From positions 1-43,413 of the IMG/VR virus record IMGVR_UViG_3300020045_001629: a DNA stretch of 43,413 nt, one strand, 5' to 3'. The notes beneath the pieces were generated by a model. That model did not search any database. It saw nothing but the letters and a program-made list of their open reading frames with translations, and had not been told where the DNA came from. Positions 6,950-16,874 of this stretch are shown here, one piece after another; positions within the stretch are counted from its first letter, which is position 1, and every line of letters begins with the position of its first letter. The position numbers were made by a program, and so were the translations under genes. This stretch comes from a virus (taxonomy: Duplodnaviria > Caudoviricetes).

Positions 6950-7732
6950 ATGCTGCCAGAAGAAGACTGGCTCAGAAAGGCGAAGGCTCTCCCGATAGGG
7001 CGACAGGACAGACTGTACCACGGCAGGGAGAAGCGCCCTAATCTCGTAGTCGGGAATCTCCCTGATAGGTGGTGGGCGTACTGCCAGCATTGCAAGCAAG
7101 GGGCTGTGCTGCACAAGGAGCATGTTCGCCTTGGGGTAGCCTCACCCGAGGCAAAGAAATCGAACCTGAGCCTTCCCTGCGACCTCGTTCCATTCAGCAT
7201 GTTGGATGAGCCTACCCTGCATGTTCTCTCAGTATTCCTAGCCAGCAAGGGCATGGATGCAGTAATGCTCCCTCCGCTCTGGTACTCCTGTACTCGCAAA
7301 CGAATTCTTATTCAGGTGAACGAGGGCTGGCTAGGTCGTGATGTAACAGGTAACGCACTAGAGAAGTGGCTTACCTATACCCGAGACACGAAGTACCTGT
7401 ACTGGAATCAGTACGCTGCTAGGACTGTTGTAGTAGAGGATGTGTTCTCGTACTTCAAAGTTATCTGGGCGAAGCCTAACTACAACGTGATGTGTGCTCT
7501 AGGTACAGGCATCAAAGACAGCATTGTAATGAAGTTGCTGAACCACAACCTAGTGTACTTCATGTTCGATGGTGATGACGCTGGACACCGAGGCGCTGAT
7601 ACAGGCGTAACACGTTTGAGGGGGCTAGGGACTCCCGCAGTCAATGTATGTGCACCACTAGGGCATGACCCGAAAGACCTTTCAGCAGCAGCAATCCGAA
7701 GTCTAATTCTACAAGGAACACCTAATGAATAG
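6950..7732 (+). CDS. DNA primase (zinc-binding N-terminus plus TOPRIM)
   Basis: WAYCQHC; VVVEDVFS; FDGDDAG; DPKD. Confidence 0.92.
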   Translation: MLPEEDWLRKAKALPIGRQDRLYHGREKRPNLVVGNLPDRWWAYCQHCKQGAVLHKEHVRLGVASPEAKKSNLSLPCDLVPFSMLDEPTLHVLSVFLASKGMDAVMLPPLWYSCTRKRILIQVNEGWLGRDVTGNALEKWLTYTRDTKYLYWNQYAARTVVVEDVFSYFKVIWAKPNYNVMCALGTGIKDSIVMKLLNHNLVYFMFDGDDAGHRGADTGVTRLRGLGTPAVNVCAPLGHDPKDLSAAAIRSLILQGTPNE

Positions 7733-8117
7733 TAATGCTGAGCAGTACGACCAAGACTGTTACCCCATTGGCTACATGATTAACGGCGGCAGCACTGTTA
7801 AGGGACCAACGTACGACATCGTTGATATTCGTACTCTTGATGTGCTGTGTATTACCGAGTTGGCTTCACGAGAGATTGCACCTATCGCCAAGGAATTGAA
7901 CCAGCGCATGCGGGATGGCACTTACACGCTGGGACAGCCATTGCAGATCAGCATGGAGGATGCCGGAGTGCGGTATGAGTTCATGCCAGAACCTGAGAAG
8001 GCAGCAGAAGACCCAGTAGTAGAAGCCACCACTGTTGTAGTCGAGGATGTAGCTGCTGTCCTTAAGTATCCAGCATTCGTTGCACCGACCATCCCAAGCC
8101 TCCCCACTCTGCACTAA
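7725..8117 (+). CDS. Hypothetical protein between primase and helicase (130 aa)
   Basis: AAGGA RBS; coupled to both neighbours. Confidence 0.8.
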   Translation: MNSNAEQYDQDCYPIGYMINGGSTVKGPTYDIVDIRTLDVLCITELASREIAPIAKELNQRMRDGTYTLGQPLQISMEDAGVRYEFMPEPEKAAEDPVVEATTVVVEDVAAVLKYPAFVAPTIPSLPTLH

Positions 8118-9412
8118 TGGACCTACTCATACTCGGAGCACTGAGTAACAAGCATAGGTATAAGGCGCTCCGGTATGCGGTCCCTGCGGGGATGGTTACA
8201 CCGGACACAAACGCCATGCTGCTGTGGTACGAAGTATATTTCAGCGCCTTCCCAGAAAGAGAGACTGTAGATGTTGATGAACTCATCAGCCTTGTTCGAC
8301 TTCGTAGCGGTACTGCTAGTGCAGATTCCGTTGGCGTCATGCTTCATCTATGCAACCTACTTCGTAGCCCGATTGATGAATCTGCGATCCGAGGGATTGT
8401 TGGACAACTACATGAACTTGATCTTGCCGGGAAAGCGGGAGCAGTAATATCGAAGTACAACAACGGCGATGAGGTAGCCCTCGCGTATGAGTTGCAGATG
8501 TTGGCAGCTAGTACCCGCCGTTCGATGGTTGATGGGAACCGACCTAACTGGGCGCATCGCTCAATCCATGAGTTGTTATCGGAGGATTCAGACGATGGTG
8601 GACTACAGTGGAATGCGTTTCCGCAACTCCAAAGTAATCTCAAGGGACTTCACAGAGGAAACAACGTGGCAGTGGTTGCTCCTACCGATAAAGGTAAGAG
8701 TTCATTGTTATGCACCTTGGCTGTTAAGTTTCAAGAGCAGGCAAAGACTCTATACCCCAACGATAGAGTACTGTATCTCGTTAATGAAGGAACAGAAGAC
8801 AACATCCAGCGCCGACTGTATCAAACAGTCCTACAGCAAACGCGTGAGGGAATGCTTGCGCGCTCTAACGCTGAACTTGAAGAAGCGTATTGTGCTGTAG
8901 TAGGCGCTAGGGATGGCATCAAGGCAATGAACATCCACGGCAAGAGTGTGGCGCAGGTTAGCAACATCATCGAAGCAGAGAAACCCCACCTAGTAATCAC
9001 GGACATGACCGGGCGTATTCGAGCAACATCGAATAAGTCTGGTGGTGCGAATGATATTAACCAACTAGAGGAAGTGTGGAACGACTTCAGGGAACTGGCG
9101 GTTATTTACAATTTCGCACATATGGGAACTGTGCAAGTCTCGGTAGAAGGCACGAACATGCTGTTCCCTCCCGTTACTGCCCTGCAAAACTCGAAGACTG
9201 GTATACAGACAACTCTCGATATGATCCTGATGATGGGTGCCTTGCAGAACCCCATGCAACATACCCTTCGCGGTATCAGCACCCCGAAGAATAAGTTAGC
9301 CCGTTCAGGTATGGATAGTTATAACCAGTTCGAGTGCTACTTCGACGGCAAGGTAAACACTTGGGCAACTGGTGTTACTGCCGAGCAACCTGCCCTGCCC
9401 ACTATCCATTGA
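8117..9412 (+). CDS. DnaB-like (SF4) replicative DNA helicase
   Basis: Walker A APTDKGKSS, LVNEG, Walker B LVITD, SKTGIQ and PKNK motifs. Confidence 0.93.
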   Translation: MDLLILGALSNKHRYKALRYAVPAGMVTPDTNAMLLWYEVYFSAFPERETVDVDELISLVRLRSGTASADSVGVMLHLCNLLRSPIDESAIRGIVGQLHELDLAGKAGAVISKYNNGDEVALAYELQMLAASTRRSMVDGNRPNWAHRSIHELLSEDSDDGGLQWNAFPQLQSNLKGLHRGNNVAVVAPTDKGKSSLLCTLAVKFQEQAKTLYPNDRVLYLVNEGTEDNIQRRLYQTVLQQTREGMLARSNAELEEAYCAVVGARDGIKAMNIHGKSVAQVSNIIEAEKPHLVITDMTGRIRATSNKSGGANDINQLEEVWNDFRELAVIYNFAHMGTVQVSVEGTNMLFPPVTALQNSKTGIQTTLDMILMMGALQNPMQHTLRGISTPKNKLARSGMDSYNQFECYFDGKVNTWATGVTAEQPALPTIH

Positions 9413-9609
9413 AACCCTATGGATGTAGAGACAGAGAACTTCGCAAGGGGTACTTCGTACAGGTTCGCGTGTACGACCAGCTAGAACGCTACCGGCTGGC
9501 CGATAGGTTCATACCATTCACCATGAGTACCGAGTGCCACTACAGCAAGACAACGCCTGACCCGCGTTGTGCTGGGTGCAAACATAACCAAGGAGAACGT
9601 ATTGCCTGA
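9409..9609 (+). CDS. Small Cys-containing hypothetical protein (66 aa)
   Basis: TTG start overlapping the helicase stop; YGC...CHY...DPRCAGC; part of track ORF 9334..9609. Confidence 0.6.
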   Translation: MKPYGCRDRELRKGYFVQVRVYDQLERYRLADRFIPFTMSTECHYSKTTPDPRCAGCKHNQGERIA

Positions 9610-10447
9610 GTTGCTTAAGGGAAAGGTTTGGCATGAACGCAAGGATGCAAAGACCCGCACCGGAGAACCTGTTGTTACGTACCCCGTTCTAGCTGAGCCT
9701 AAGTATGACGAGATTCGGTGTCATGTTCTAGTGGGCGCTACCTATGTGGAATTCCTTAGCTACTCCGGAAAACCCCTAGCGAACATGGAAGGCTTCGCGC
9801 ACATCTTCTCTGTACTCTCAACTCAAACTGGCTACCACGAGTTCGACTGTGGCTTTGAAGTCAACAGTAACTTCAATGACTCATACCGCTGGGTGCGCAG
9901 TACAACGAACTTTCCACCTGACCTTATTGGTGTGCCTACTAAGTTCATCCTGTTCGATCTGCCTGAGAACACCGAGCAGTACAAGACCCGTAAGGCGAAG
10001 ATCATTGCAGTAGCGGAGCTAGGCGGATTGAGTTATGCACCGGGGAGTATCTGCAATAACGAGGCGGAAGTAGATGCTGCCTTCTGTTCTGCTAGAGAAG
10101 CTGGCCTTGAAGGCTTGATGATTAAGAGTAGCACTGGTACCTACCAACGCGGTAAGCGTACAGATGCGTGGCTCAAGTATAAACCGGAGGATGACGCAGA
10201 TGGAACGATCACTGAAGTCTATGAGGCAATCTCGATTGAGGGCGTACCTCTCGGTCGTGCTGGCTCTGTCCAACTTGTTATGGATGATGGATCGGAAGCT
10301 GCGCCGCATGGAATCGCACATGCGCTCGGAGTTGATATATGGGAGAACCCGGCGAAGTACATAGGCCAACGCTGCGAATTCTTTTTCATGGAGCGTGATA
10401 GGAAAGGTGGGTATAGGCACCCAACCTTTCATCGCATTAGGGAGTAA
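9602..10447 (+). CDS. ATP-dependent DNA ligase
   Basis: Motif I variant EPKYDEIR, FDL, EGLMIK, WLKYK, RHPTF; TTG start behind AAGGAG (track start 9569). Confidence 0.93.
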   Translation: MPELLKGKVWHERKDAKTRTGEPVVTYPVLAEPKYDEIRCHVLVGATYVEFLSYSGKPLANMEGFAHIFSVLSTQTGYHEFDCGFEVNSNFNDSYRWVRSTTNFPPDLIGVPTKFILFDLPENTEQYKTRKAKIIAVAELGGLSYAPGSICNNEAEVDAAFCSAREAGLEGLMIKSSTGTYQRGKRTDAWLKYKPEDDADGTITEVYEAISIEGVPLGRAGSVQLVMDDGSEAAPHGIAHALGVDIWENPAKYIGQRCEFFFMERDRKGGYRHPTFHRIRE

Positions 10448-10450
10448 CGC

Positions 10451-12805
10451 ATGAGCATCATGATCTTCGATCTTGAAACGCAAAATAATAAGTTCTTTGG
10501 TGCCATTGCCTCACCTAGACACCCAGATAACTATGTTGTTGCAGTCGGTCAGGCTATCGACGTTAATCCATTCGACGGAGAAATCACGCATGAGTACTAT
10601 ACCTGCAAAGAAGACACACTTAACTGGCTTGTCATTCCAGATGATGTTTCCCTGCTGGTTGCTCACAACGCGCCGTATGACCTCGACTGGTGCCTATTCC
10701 AACAGCGACCAGAAATCATCCGCTTCCTCGCAAGAGGCGGCAGAGTCTTTTGCACAGCATATGCGGAATACCTGCTATCTAACCAGCAGAACACCTACCC
10801 TAGCCTAGACGAGACTGCACCGAACTACGGCGGGACTCATAAGGTAGACGGGATCAAGATTCTGTGGGAGCAAGGCGTGCTCACTGCGGATATTGATAAG
10901 CAGCTTCTGCTTGAGTACTTGTGTGGTCCTGAAGGTGACATCGAGAATACCCGTAAGGTGTTCTACGGGCAGTACGCCGCACTGGTGGCGCGGGGTATGT
11001 GGGACATGGCGCTGGTCCGCATGGAAGGTATGCTGTGTAACTGCTTCGCAATGGATGCTGGCCTGTACGTGGATCGAGAAGTGGCGTTCTCTCAACTTGA
11101 GGTGCAGAGCAAACGCCTAGAAGAACTTCTTGCTGGATTCAACCAGTACCGCAAGCACATCCCAGAGTACGTGCAGTTCAAGGACTCGTCTGATTACCAT
11201 GTGAGTGCGTGGCTGTTCGGTGGACCTATTAAGTATCGCATCAAAGATACTTGGTTTAATGAGGATGGGACTCCTAAGTATGAGAAAGCCGATTGCTACA
11301 GGTTTGGTGAGCAGTACGTCATGCTACCGGAAGACGATGCTGGCATTAGTGCTGAGCAATTTGAACAGGCCACCGCCGCTCATGGTGCAGTATCCCGAGC
11401 AACAGCAGGTAAGCTCAAAGGACAACCCCGCATCTTCAAGGTAGAGGTAAGCACTCCTAAGCAACGCTGGTATGACCGCGTGCATGACTGCGTTGGCGTG
11501 GTCCCACTGGAAGCTCTACCACAAGACATCTACAAGGATTTCAAGCGAGAGTTCGCAGGGAAGCGAGTTCTCGCAGATAACTCCCCGGTGTATAGCTCAG
11601 GCAAAGACTGCATTGAAATGCTGAGCAAGCGGCCTGAGTTCCCCGAGGATGTACAGGCCATGCTTGTGACCATGCTTGAGTACGCTAAGCTCGACAAGGA
11701 TGTGGGAACGTACTACCTGCGTGAAGTCAAGGACGAGGAAGGCAACGTAACAAAGCAATCCGGTATGTTGCAGTACCTTACCCCTGAAAACATCGTGTAT
11801 CACCAATTGAACTGCACCAGTACGGTAACGAGTAGATTGAGTTCTAACCGGCCGAACATGCAGAACATTCCGCGTGGTGATACCTCCGAGGTTAAGAAGA
11901 TGTTTGTGTCTCGCTTTGGTGACGAAGGCCAGATCATTGAGGCGGATTACTCGGCGCTTGAAGTCGTTACCCTAGCAGCGTTCAGCAAGGACACGAATCT
12001 TGTTAAGGCACTGCTTGATGGTACAGACATGCACTGTATGCGCCTCTCACAAGAACTAGGAGAGACTTACGAATCCGTACTTGATAAGTGCAAGAACGAG
12101 GCACACCCAGAGCACGCGAAGTACAAGACGCTTCGCACGAACATCAAGCCTAAAGCCTTTGCTTACCAGTACGGTGCTACTGCTGCTGGTATTGCTTTTG
12201 CTACCGGCTGTACTGTGGAGTCTGCCCAAGCGTTTATTGATGCAGAGAAGGCGCTGTTCCCCGGTGTGGAAGGATTCTATGACGACGTTATCACCCCTTA
12301 CGTTGAGGCTCACACAACTGTTTGCCGAGAGCAAGGTGAGGATGGAACGTGGCACTTGTACCGTAGAGGGATGTGGCAATCTCCCGGTGGAACGTGCTAT
12401 GAGTTCCGACAGTTCAATAAGACCAGATGGATCAACGGACAGAAAGTTGAAGGTTACGAGTTTAAGCCGACGCAGATCAGGAACTACCCGATCCAAGGAG
12501 AATCTGGGTATTTCGTACAGGGCGTGGCTGGCCTTGTAATTCGCTGGCTCATATCTAAGAACTTGTACGACGGAAAATGCTTCGTTATCAACCAAGTCCA
12601 TGACGCTTTGTACTTTGATTGCCACAAGTCAGTACTAGATGAAGTCTGCTTCACAGTAAAGCACATCATGGAATCGCTACCTGAGTACTTCAAGACGCTT
12701 GGGTATGATCTTGGAGTCCCATTCCCCTGCGAAGTAGAGCACGGAGACTCAATGTATACGAAAGAGAAGTGGGTGTATGCGCCTGCTATTGCACTGGCTG
12801 CTTAG
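10451..12805 (+). CDS. Family A DNA polymerase with 3'-5' exonuclease domain
   Basis: Exo motifs FDLET and AHNAPYD; TSRLSSNRPNMQNIP; motif A ADYSALE; motif B RTNIKPKAFAYQYG; motif C QVHD. Confidence 0.97.
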   Translation: MSIMIFDLETQNNKFFGAIASPRHPDNYVVAVGQAIDVNPFDGEITHEYYTCKEDTLNWLVIPDDVSLLVAHNAPYDLDWCLFQQRPEIIRFLARGGRVFCTAYAEYLLSNQQNTYPSLDETAPNYGGTHKVDGIKILWEQGVLTADIDKQLLLEYLCGPEGDIENTRKVFYGQYAALVARGMWDMALVRMEGMLCNCFAMDAGLYVDREVAFSQLEVQSKRLEELLAGFNQYRKHIPEYVQFKDSSDYHVSAWLFGGPIKYRIKDTWFNEDGTPKYEKADCYRFGEQYVMLPEDDAGISAEQFEQATAAHGAVSRATAGKLKGQPRIFKVEVSTPKQRWYDRVHDCVGVVPLEALPQDIYKDFKREFAGKRVLADNSPVYSSGKDCIEMLSKRPEFPEDVQAMLVTMLEYAKLDKDVGTYYLREVKDEEGNVTKQSGMLQYLTPENIVYHQLNCTSTVTSRLSSNRPNMQNIPRGDTSEVKKMFVSRFGDEGQIIEADYSALEVVTLAAFSKDTNLVKALLDGTDMHCMRLSQELGETYESVLDKCKNEAHPEHAKYKTLRTNIKPKAFAYQYGATAAGIAFATGCTVESAQAFIDAEKALFPGVEGFYDDVITPYVEAHTTVCREQGEDGTWHLYRRGMWQSPGGTCYEFRQFNKTRWINGQKVEGYEFKPTQIRNYPIQGESGYFVQGVAGLVIRWLISKNLYDGKCFVINQVHDALYFDCHKSVLDEVCFTVKHIMESLPEYFKTLGYDLGVPFPCEVEHGDSMYTKEKWVYAPAIALAA

Positions 12806-12865
12806 GAAGTTGTACCGCCTACACGACAAGCTCGAATTGTTAGCAATCAAACTGGAGAAATGAGA

Positions 12866-13837
12866 ATGAGCAAACTTACTGAAATGCAAGCAGCAATCGC
12901 ACTGGCCGCTTCGACTGGTGCAAACATGACCGAGGCACAGAAGGGCGGCGGCGGTGGGCGATTGCTCCCCGCTGGCTATGCCTTCGGTCGGCTTGTCTCG
13001 TATGTTGAGCAGGGGAACCAGCCGCAGTCCTTCAACGGTGTAGCTAAAGACCCGAAACCGCAAGCGCAGATTGGCTTCGCTCTAACCGGGGAAGGGTATA
13101 CTAATGAGGATGGCTCCCCGTACCTCATCTACCCGTATGCGTTCAGTCTTGACCGGAACGAGAAGGCGAAGGCATACCTTCTGTTCAAGGCACTGAATTG
13201 GAAAGGCACGGCTACTCACTTCGCACAGTTGCTCGGTGAGGGCTTCCTTGTGAACATCGTGCATGAGCCTAAGAGCAAGGCAGACAAGGCGCTGGTATCC
13301 CGCATCAACCTGAAGGGCTTCCTGCCCCCGCTTGATCCGGTTACGAAGATGCCGTATGCCATTGCCGAGGCACGCGACGAAGACCTGCAACTGTTCCTGT
13401 GGGACTATCCTACCCTTGAGGCTTGGAACAGCATGTTCATTGAGGGCGCATGGGATGATGGCCGCTCGAAGAACTTCATGCAGGAAACCCTTGCTGGTGC
13501 TACGAACTTCTCAGGCTCCCCGCTTGAGGCGCTTCTCCGTACCGCAGGCGCAGCAATCCCCGTGGCTGCACCGAAAGCCGCTGTCGTGGCACCTGCCCTT
13601 CCTGCAACCCCTGCTGCTCCTGTTGCCCCGGCGGTGGCTGCTGCGGTCCCTTTGGTTCAAGCGGTGGCCCCGGCACCTGTGCCTGTGGCTCCCCCTGTCA
13701 TTCTGGCCCCGGCTTCAGTTGGAGTACCTGCATTGCCTGTGATGCCAGCGGTGACATCCCGTATTAGCGTGGCACCGCCTGCCATGCCGATGATGCCCAG
13801 TCTGCCCACGTTCCAGCAACCGGCGATGGTGCAGTAA
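12866..13837 (+). CDS. Conserved phiKMV-like replication-region protein (possibly ssDNA-binding) with a Pro/Ala-rich C-terminal tail
   Basis: Syntenic between polymerase and exonuclease; GGGGRLLPAGYAFGRLVSYVE.G motif; last ~90 aa are low-complexity P/A/V. Confidence 0.8.
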   Translation: MSKLTEMQAAIALAASTGANMTEAQKGGGGGRLLPAGYAFGRLVSYVEQGNQPQSFNGVAKDPKPQAQIGFALTGEGYTNEDGSPYLIYPYAFSLDRNEKAKAYLLFKALNWKGTATHFAQLLGEGFLVNIVHEPKSKADKALVSRINLKGFLPPLDPVTKMPYAIAEARDEDLQLFLWDYPTLEAWNSMFIEGAWDDGRSKNFMQETLAGATNFSGSPLEALLRTAGAAIPVAAPKAAVVAPALPATPAAPVAPAVAAAVPLVQAVAPAPVPVAPPVILAPASVGVPALPVMPAVTSRISVAPPAMPMMPSLPTFQQPAMVQ

Positions 13838-14736
13838 TGATTGTCAAGGGAGTTGATACCTCTGTACTCCCGGCTCAATTCGCTGGGTGTGTGGCTGGTA
13901 GAACTCTCATCCTTGATGGCGATGGTCCCGCCTATCGTGTAGCTGCTACTGTGAAACGACTGGATACTGCCATTAGGCGGTTCCAGCAGGCGATGCTTAC
14001 AGAGTTGTTCCTAACGCAGAGCAGCACAGTACGCATTCACCTAACTGCATCAGGTTCGGATAAGGCAGGCAGGTTCCGTATCAAGGCAGTCAAGCCGTAC
14101 CAAGGGAACAGAACGAACAAGCAGAAGCCTAGCTTGCTCGAACCCTTGCGCCAAGCAATGACCAACCGTGAGAACTGGCTCCCTGAGTTTGACTACGTAC
14201 TGATGCACCATGTACTAGAAGCCGATGATGGGATGATCCAAGATGCTTATCAACTCAAAGAGGATGGTTTGATATGGTCCGACGACAAAGACCTACGCAT
14301 GACGCCGTACCCGTACTGGTGCAAAGCAAGCGGAATGATACTGCCCTCTGCGACGATGGGCAATCTAGCACTTATGCACACCGAGAGCGGTACTCCGAAG
14401 TTGATAGGCCAAGGCCCATTGTTCTTCTGGGCACAGATGATGATGGGCGACACAGCGGACAACGTGCAAGGGCTGCTAGAGCACAACGGGAAGAAATGCG
14501 GGGCTTGCGGTACGTACGAAACGCTCAAGGATATTGGTTCGATCAACGAGGCCGCAAATACGGTCCTGAACTCATACCGAGCAATATCCCAAAACCCTCT
14601 GTCCGAGGGCTGGCTTTTGTGGTTGCTCAGATGGAACGGTGACACGTTCTGGAATTACCTACAGGAGATTGAACTATCAAACGAGAATCGCGCATTTGTA
14701 AATGAATGCGCCACAAGGGAATGGTTTACTCAGTAG
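13837..14736 (+). CDS. 5'-3' exonuclease (T7 gp6-like)
   Basis: ILDGDG, PYQGNR, EADD, SDDKDL, GDTADN motifs. Confidence 0.93.
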   Translation: MIVKGVDTSVLPAQFAGCVAGRTLILDGDGPAYRVAATVKRLDTAIRRFQQAMLTELFLTQSSTVRIHLTASGSDKAGRFRIKAVKPYQGNRTNKQKPSLLEPLRQAMTNRENWLPEFDYVLMHHVLEADDGMIQDAYQLKEDGLIWSDDKDLRMTPYPYWCKASGMILPSATMGNLALMHTESGTPKLIGQGPLFFWAQMMMGDTADNVQGLLEHNGKKCGACGTYETLKDIGSINEAANTVLNSYRAISQNPLSEGWLLWLLRWNGDTFWNYLQEIELSNENRAFVNECATREWFTQ

Positions 14737-15154
14737 TTGTATAGATCACGGCTGCAAGGGAATGGGCCTTGGGTATGCAACTTCTTGGGTAACTCGGAAT
14801 GGCATTAGAAGCACAACAACGAAGCACCGCAAGATTCACTATGAACGTACTGGTGAATGGCCCGAAGTAGTTCGGCACACTTGCGACAATCCCCGCTGCA
14901 TCAATCCAGAGCATCTACTAGGCGGCACCTACGTAGATAACATGCAGGACATGCGGGATAGGCACCGCGAAGGCGACACTCGGAACTTCGGAGAGACTAA
15001 CGGCAGGGCAATCCTGACCGATAGTGAAGTTCAAGAGATACGCCGCATCTACATTAAATCAAGCAGAAGCACAGGACTCCCAGCCCTATCTAGGCGCTAC
15101 GGTGTAGGTACGTCACAACTATGGAGAATCATACAAGGTGAGCAGCGAAACTAA
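14702..15154 (+). CDS. Free-standing HNH homing endonuclease
   Basis: HR...VVRHTCDNPRCINPEHL..GT..DN core; C-terminal GETNGRAILT..EV.EIR HTH-like domain. Confidence 0.9.
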   Translation: MNAPQGNGLLSSCIDHGCKGMGLGYATSWVTRNGIRSTTTKHRKIHYERTGEWPEVVRHTCDNPRCINPEHLLGGTYVDNMQDMRDRHREGDTRNFGETNGRAILTDSEVQEIRRIYIKSSRSTGLPALSRRYGVGTSQLWRIIQGEQRN

Positions 15155-15575
15155 ACCATTACGTATTGTACCTCGAAGCCAGATGCGGAGTTGGAGCCTT
15201 CGCCAACTTCAAGCACAAGGAGGTATTTGCCCAGTGTGTAAGGCGCATGTAGATATGCGGGTGAAGGGGGAAGGCGTTCAAGACCATAACCACACTACCG
15301 GAGAGATTCGTGGTGTGCTGCATCGCTCATGCAATGCGGCATTGGGGAAGGTAGATAGTGCCGCAGGAAGATGGGGCGCTAAGAGCATGGAGTACCCCAA
15401 GATTATCGCGTGGTTAGAGGGAATGCTTGAGTACTACAAGCAGCCGGGAACAGGTTTCCAGTACGCTATGCACAAGACAGCGGACGAAAAGAAGGACGCA
15501 GTTAATGCTAAGGCAAGGACACGCCGAGCAGAGATTAAAGCCAAGCTAGTACTTCGACAAAGGACAGTACATTGA
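15138..15575 (+). CDS. Recombination endonuclease VII-like Holliday junction resolvase
   Basis: QGGICPVC...DHNHTTGEIRGVLHRSCN. Confidence 0.92.
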   Translation: MSSETKPLRIVPRSQMRSWSLRQLQAQGGICPVCKAHVDMRVKGEGVQDHNHTTGEIRGVLHRSCNAALGKVDSAAGRWGAKSMEYPKIIAWLEGMLEYYKQPGTGFQYAMHKTADEKKDAVNAKARTRRAEIKAKLVLRQRTVH

Positions 15576-15784
15576 CCCAAAAGTTAGATAGCACATGTAT
15601 TGAGCAGTTAGAGTGTGTATGGCATGATCGGGGATTTAGTACCTCGGTGTGCTACCAGTTTGATGGTGCAACCCCTCATATCCTGCTCACCCAAGAAGGC
15701 AATAACACGGGTGACGATGAGGCAGTAGTAGTTATGTCCAAGGTTGATTTCCTTCGCCTTGCCGATAAGATTCGAGGCCATTAA
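15572..15784 (+). CDS. Hypothetical protein (70 aa)
   Basis: TTG start overlapping the upstream stop; AAGGA RBS. Confidence 0.65.
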   Translation: MTQKLDSTCIEQLECVWHDRGFSTSVCYQFDGATPHILLTQEGNNTGDDEAVVVMSKVDFLRLADKIRGH

Positions 15785-15924
15785 TGGCGCGAGTTGAGTT
15801 CGTAGTTACCCTCATTGATATTGAGGAAGACGCCTGCCATGAAGTACTGCGGCAAGGCGTAGAGAAATCCCTAGCGATGCACCTCCCATTCATTACAGCG
15901 GAGGTAGTATGCGCGGATCAATGA
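15784..15924 (+). CDS. Small hypothetical protein (46 aa)
   Basis: Own translation MARVEFVVTLIDIEED...VVCADQ; TAATG and ATGA couplings on either side. Confidence 0.55.
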   Translation: MARVEFVVTLIDIEEDACHEVLRQGVEKSLAMHLPFITAEVVCADQ

Positions 15925-16874
15925 TGCGGCTGTACACGAAAGAACAGCACATCGAAATCCTTGAGCAAAACCCCACGAACAAAGCAGCAGCCGATGCGTA
16001 CTTCGGAGCATCGGGTAGTACAGTAACTCCCCAGCTAGTCGCGTACTGGCGCAAGATATTCATCGAGAACGCAGGCAAGCTCAGCACTACCGATAATATC
16101 TTGAAGCAGACACGGGTGCTTATCAAGCCCCAACCTGATGATGATATTGGCGATACCTCATTCATTCCTGAATGCGCCTCAAGCATCCTCGTTATCCCAG
16201 ACATGCACGCACCGTATCACCATGCGGATACGCTCCCGTTCCTGCACGCAGTCAAGAAGGCGTTCAAGCCTGACCTCGTGGTATCCCTCGGTGATGAACT
16301 CGACTACCACGGGCTATCGTTCCATGACTCAGACCCCAATCTCGATAGTGCTGGTGCTGAGCTTGAGAAGGGTAAGAAGTTCTTGAAGAGGCTGCACGCG
16401 GAGTACTCAAACCTTCTAGTCTGCCACAGCAACCACGGAAGCATGGTGTATCGCCGTGCGAAGGCGCACGGTATCCCGGTGCAAATGATTCGTAAGTACC
16501 GCGAGATTGTTCTTCCTGGTACAGACAGTTCAGGCTGGTCATGGGCGTTCTCTTGGCGTGTTAATACCCCGCTTGGTGAAGTGCTGTTCAAACATCAAAC
16601 TACTGGAATCCTTGCGGATGCTGCACACAATTCTTGCAATCTGGTGGTGGGGCACAATCACGGTAATTTCTCTGTGGAGTACTGCGCTAGTTCTAGCCAT
16701 TTGTATTATGGGGCGTACGCTGGATGCTTGATCGATAAGGATGCACTGGCCTTTGCATACGGAAAGCACTCTGTAAAGAAACCTATCATTGGTTGCATGG
16801 TCATCCTAAATGGCCGACCTATGGCAATCCCCATGATTCTTGATACCGAGGGACGATGGATCAAACAACTGTGA
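15921..16874 (+). CDS. Calcineurin-like metallophosphoesterase with N-terminal HTH-like region
   Basis: PDMH, GDELD, SNH, KH and GHNH metal-binding motifs (track start 15909). Confidence 0.9.
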   Translation: MMRLYTKEQHIEILEQNPTNKAAADAYFGASGSTVTPQLVAYWRKIFIENAGKLSTTDNILKQTRVLIKPQPDDDIGDTSFIPECASSILVIPDMHAPYHHADTLPFLHAVKKAFKPDLVVSLGDELDYHGLSFHDSDPNLDSAGAELEKGKKFLKRLHAEYSNLLVCHSNHGSMVYRRAKAHGIPVQMIRKYREIVLPGTDSSGWSWAFSWRVNTPLGEVLFKHQTTGILADAAHNSCNLVVGHNHGNFSVEYCASSSHLYYGAYAGCLIDKDALAFAYGKHSVKKPIIGCMVILNGRPMAIPMILDTEGRWIKQL

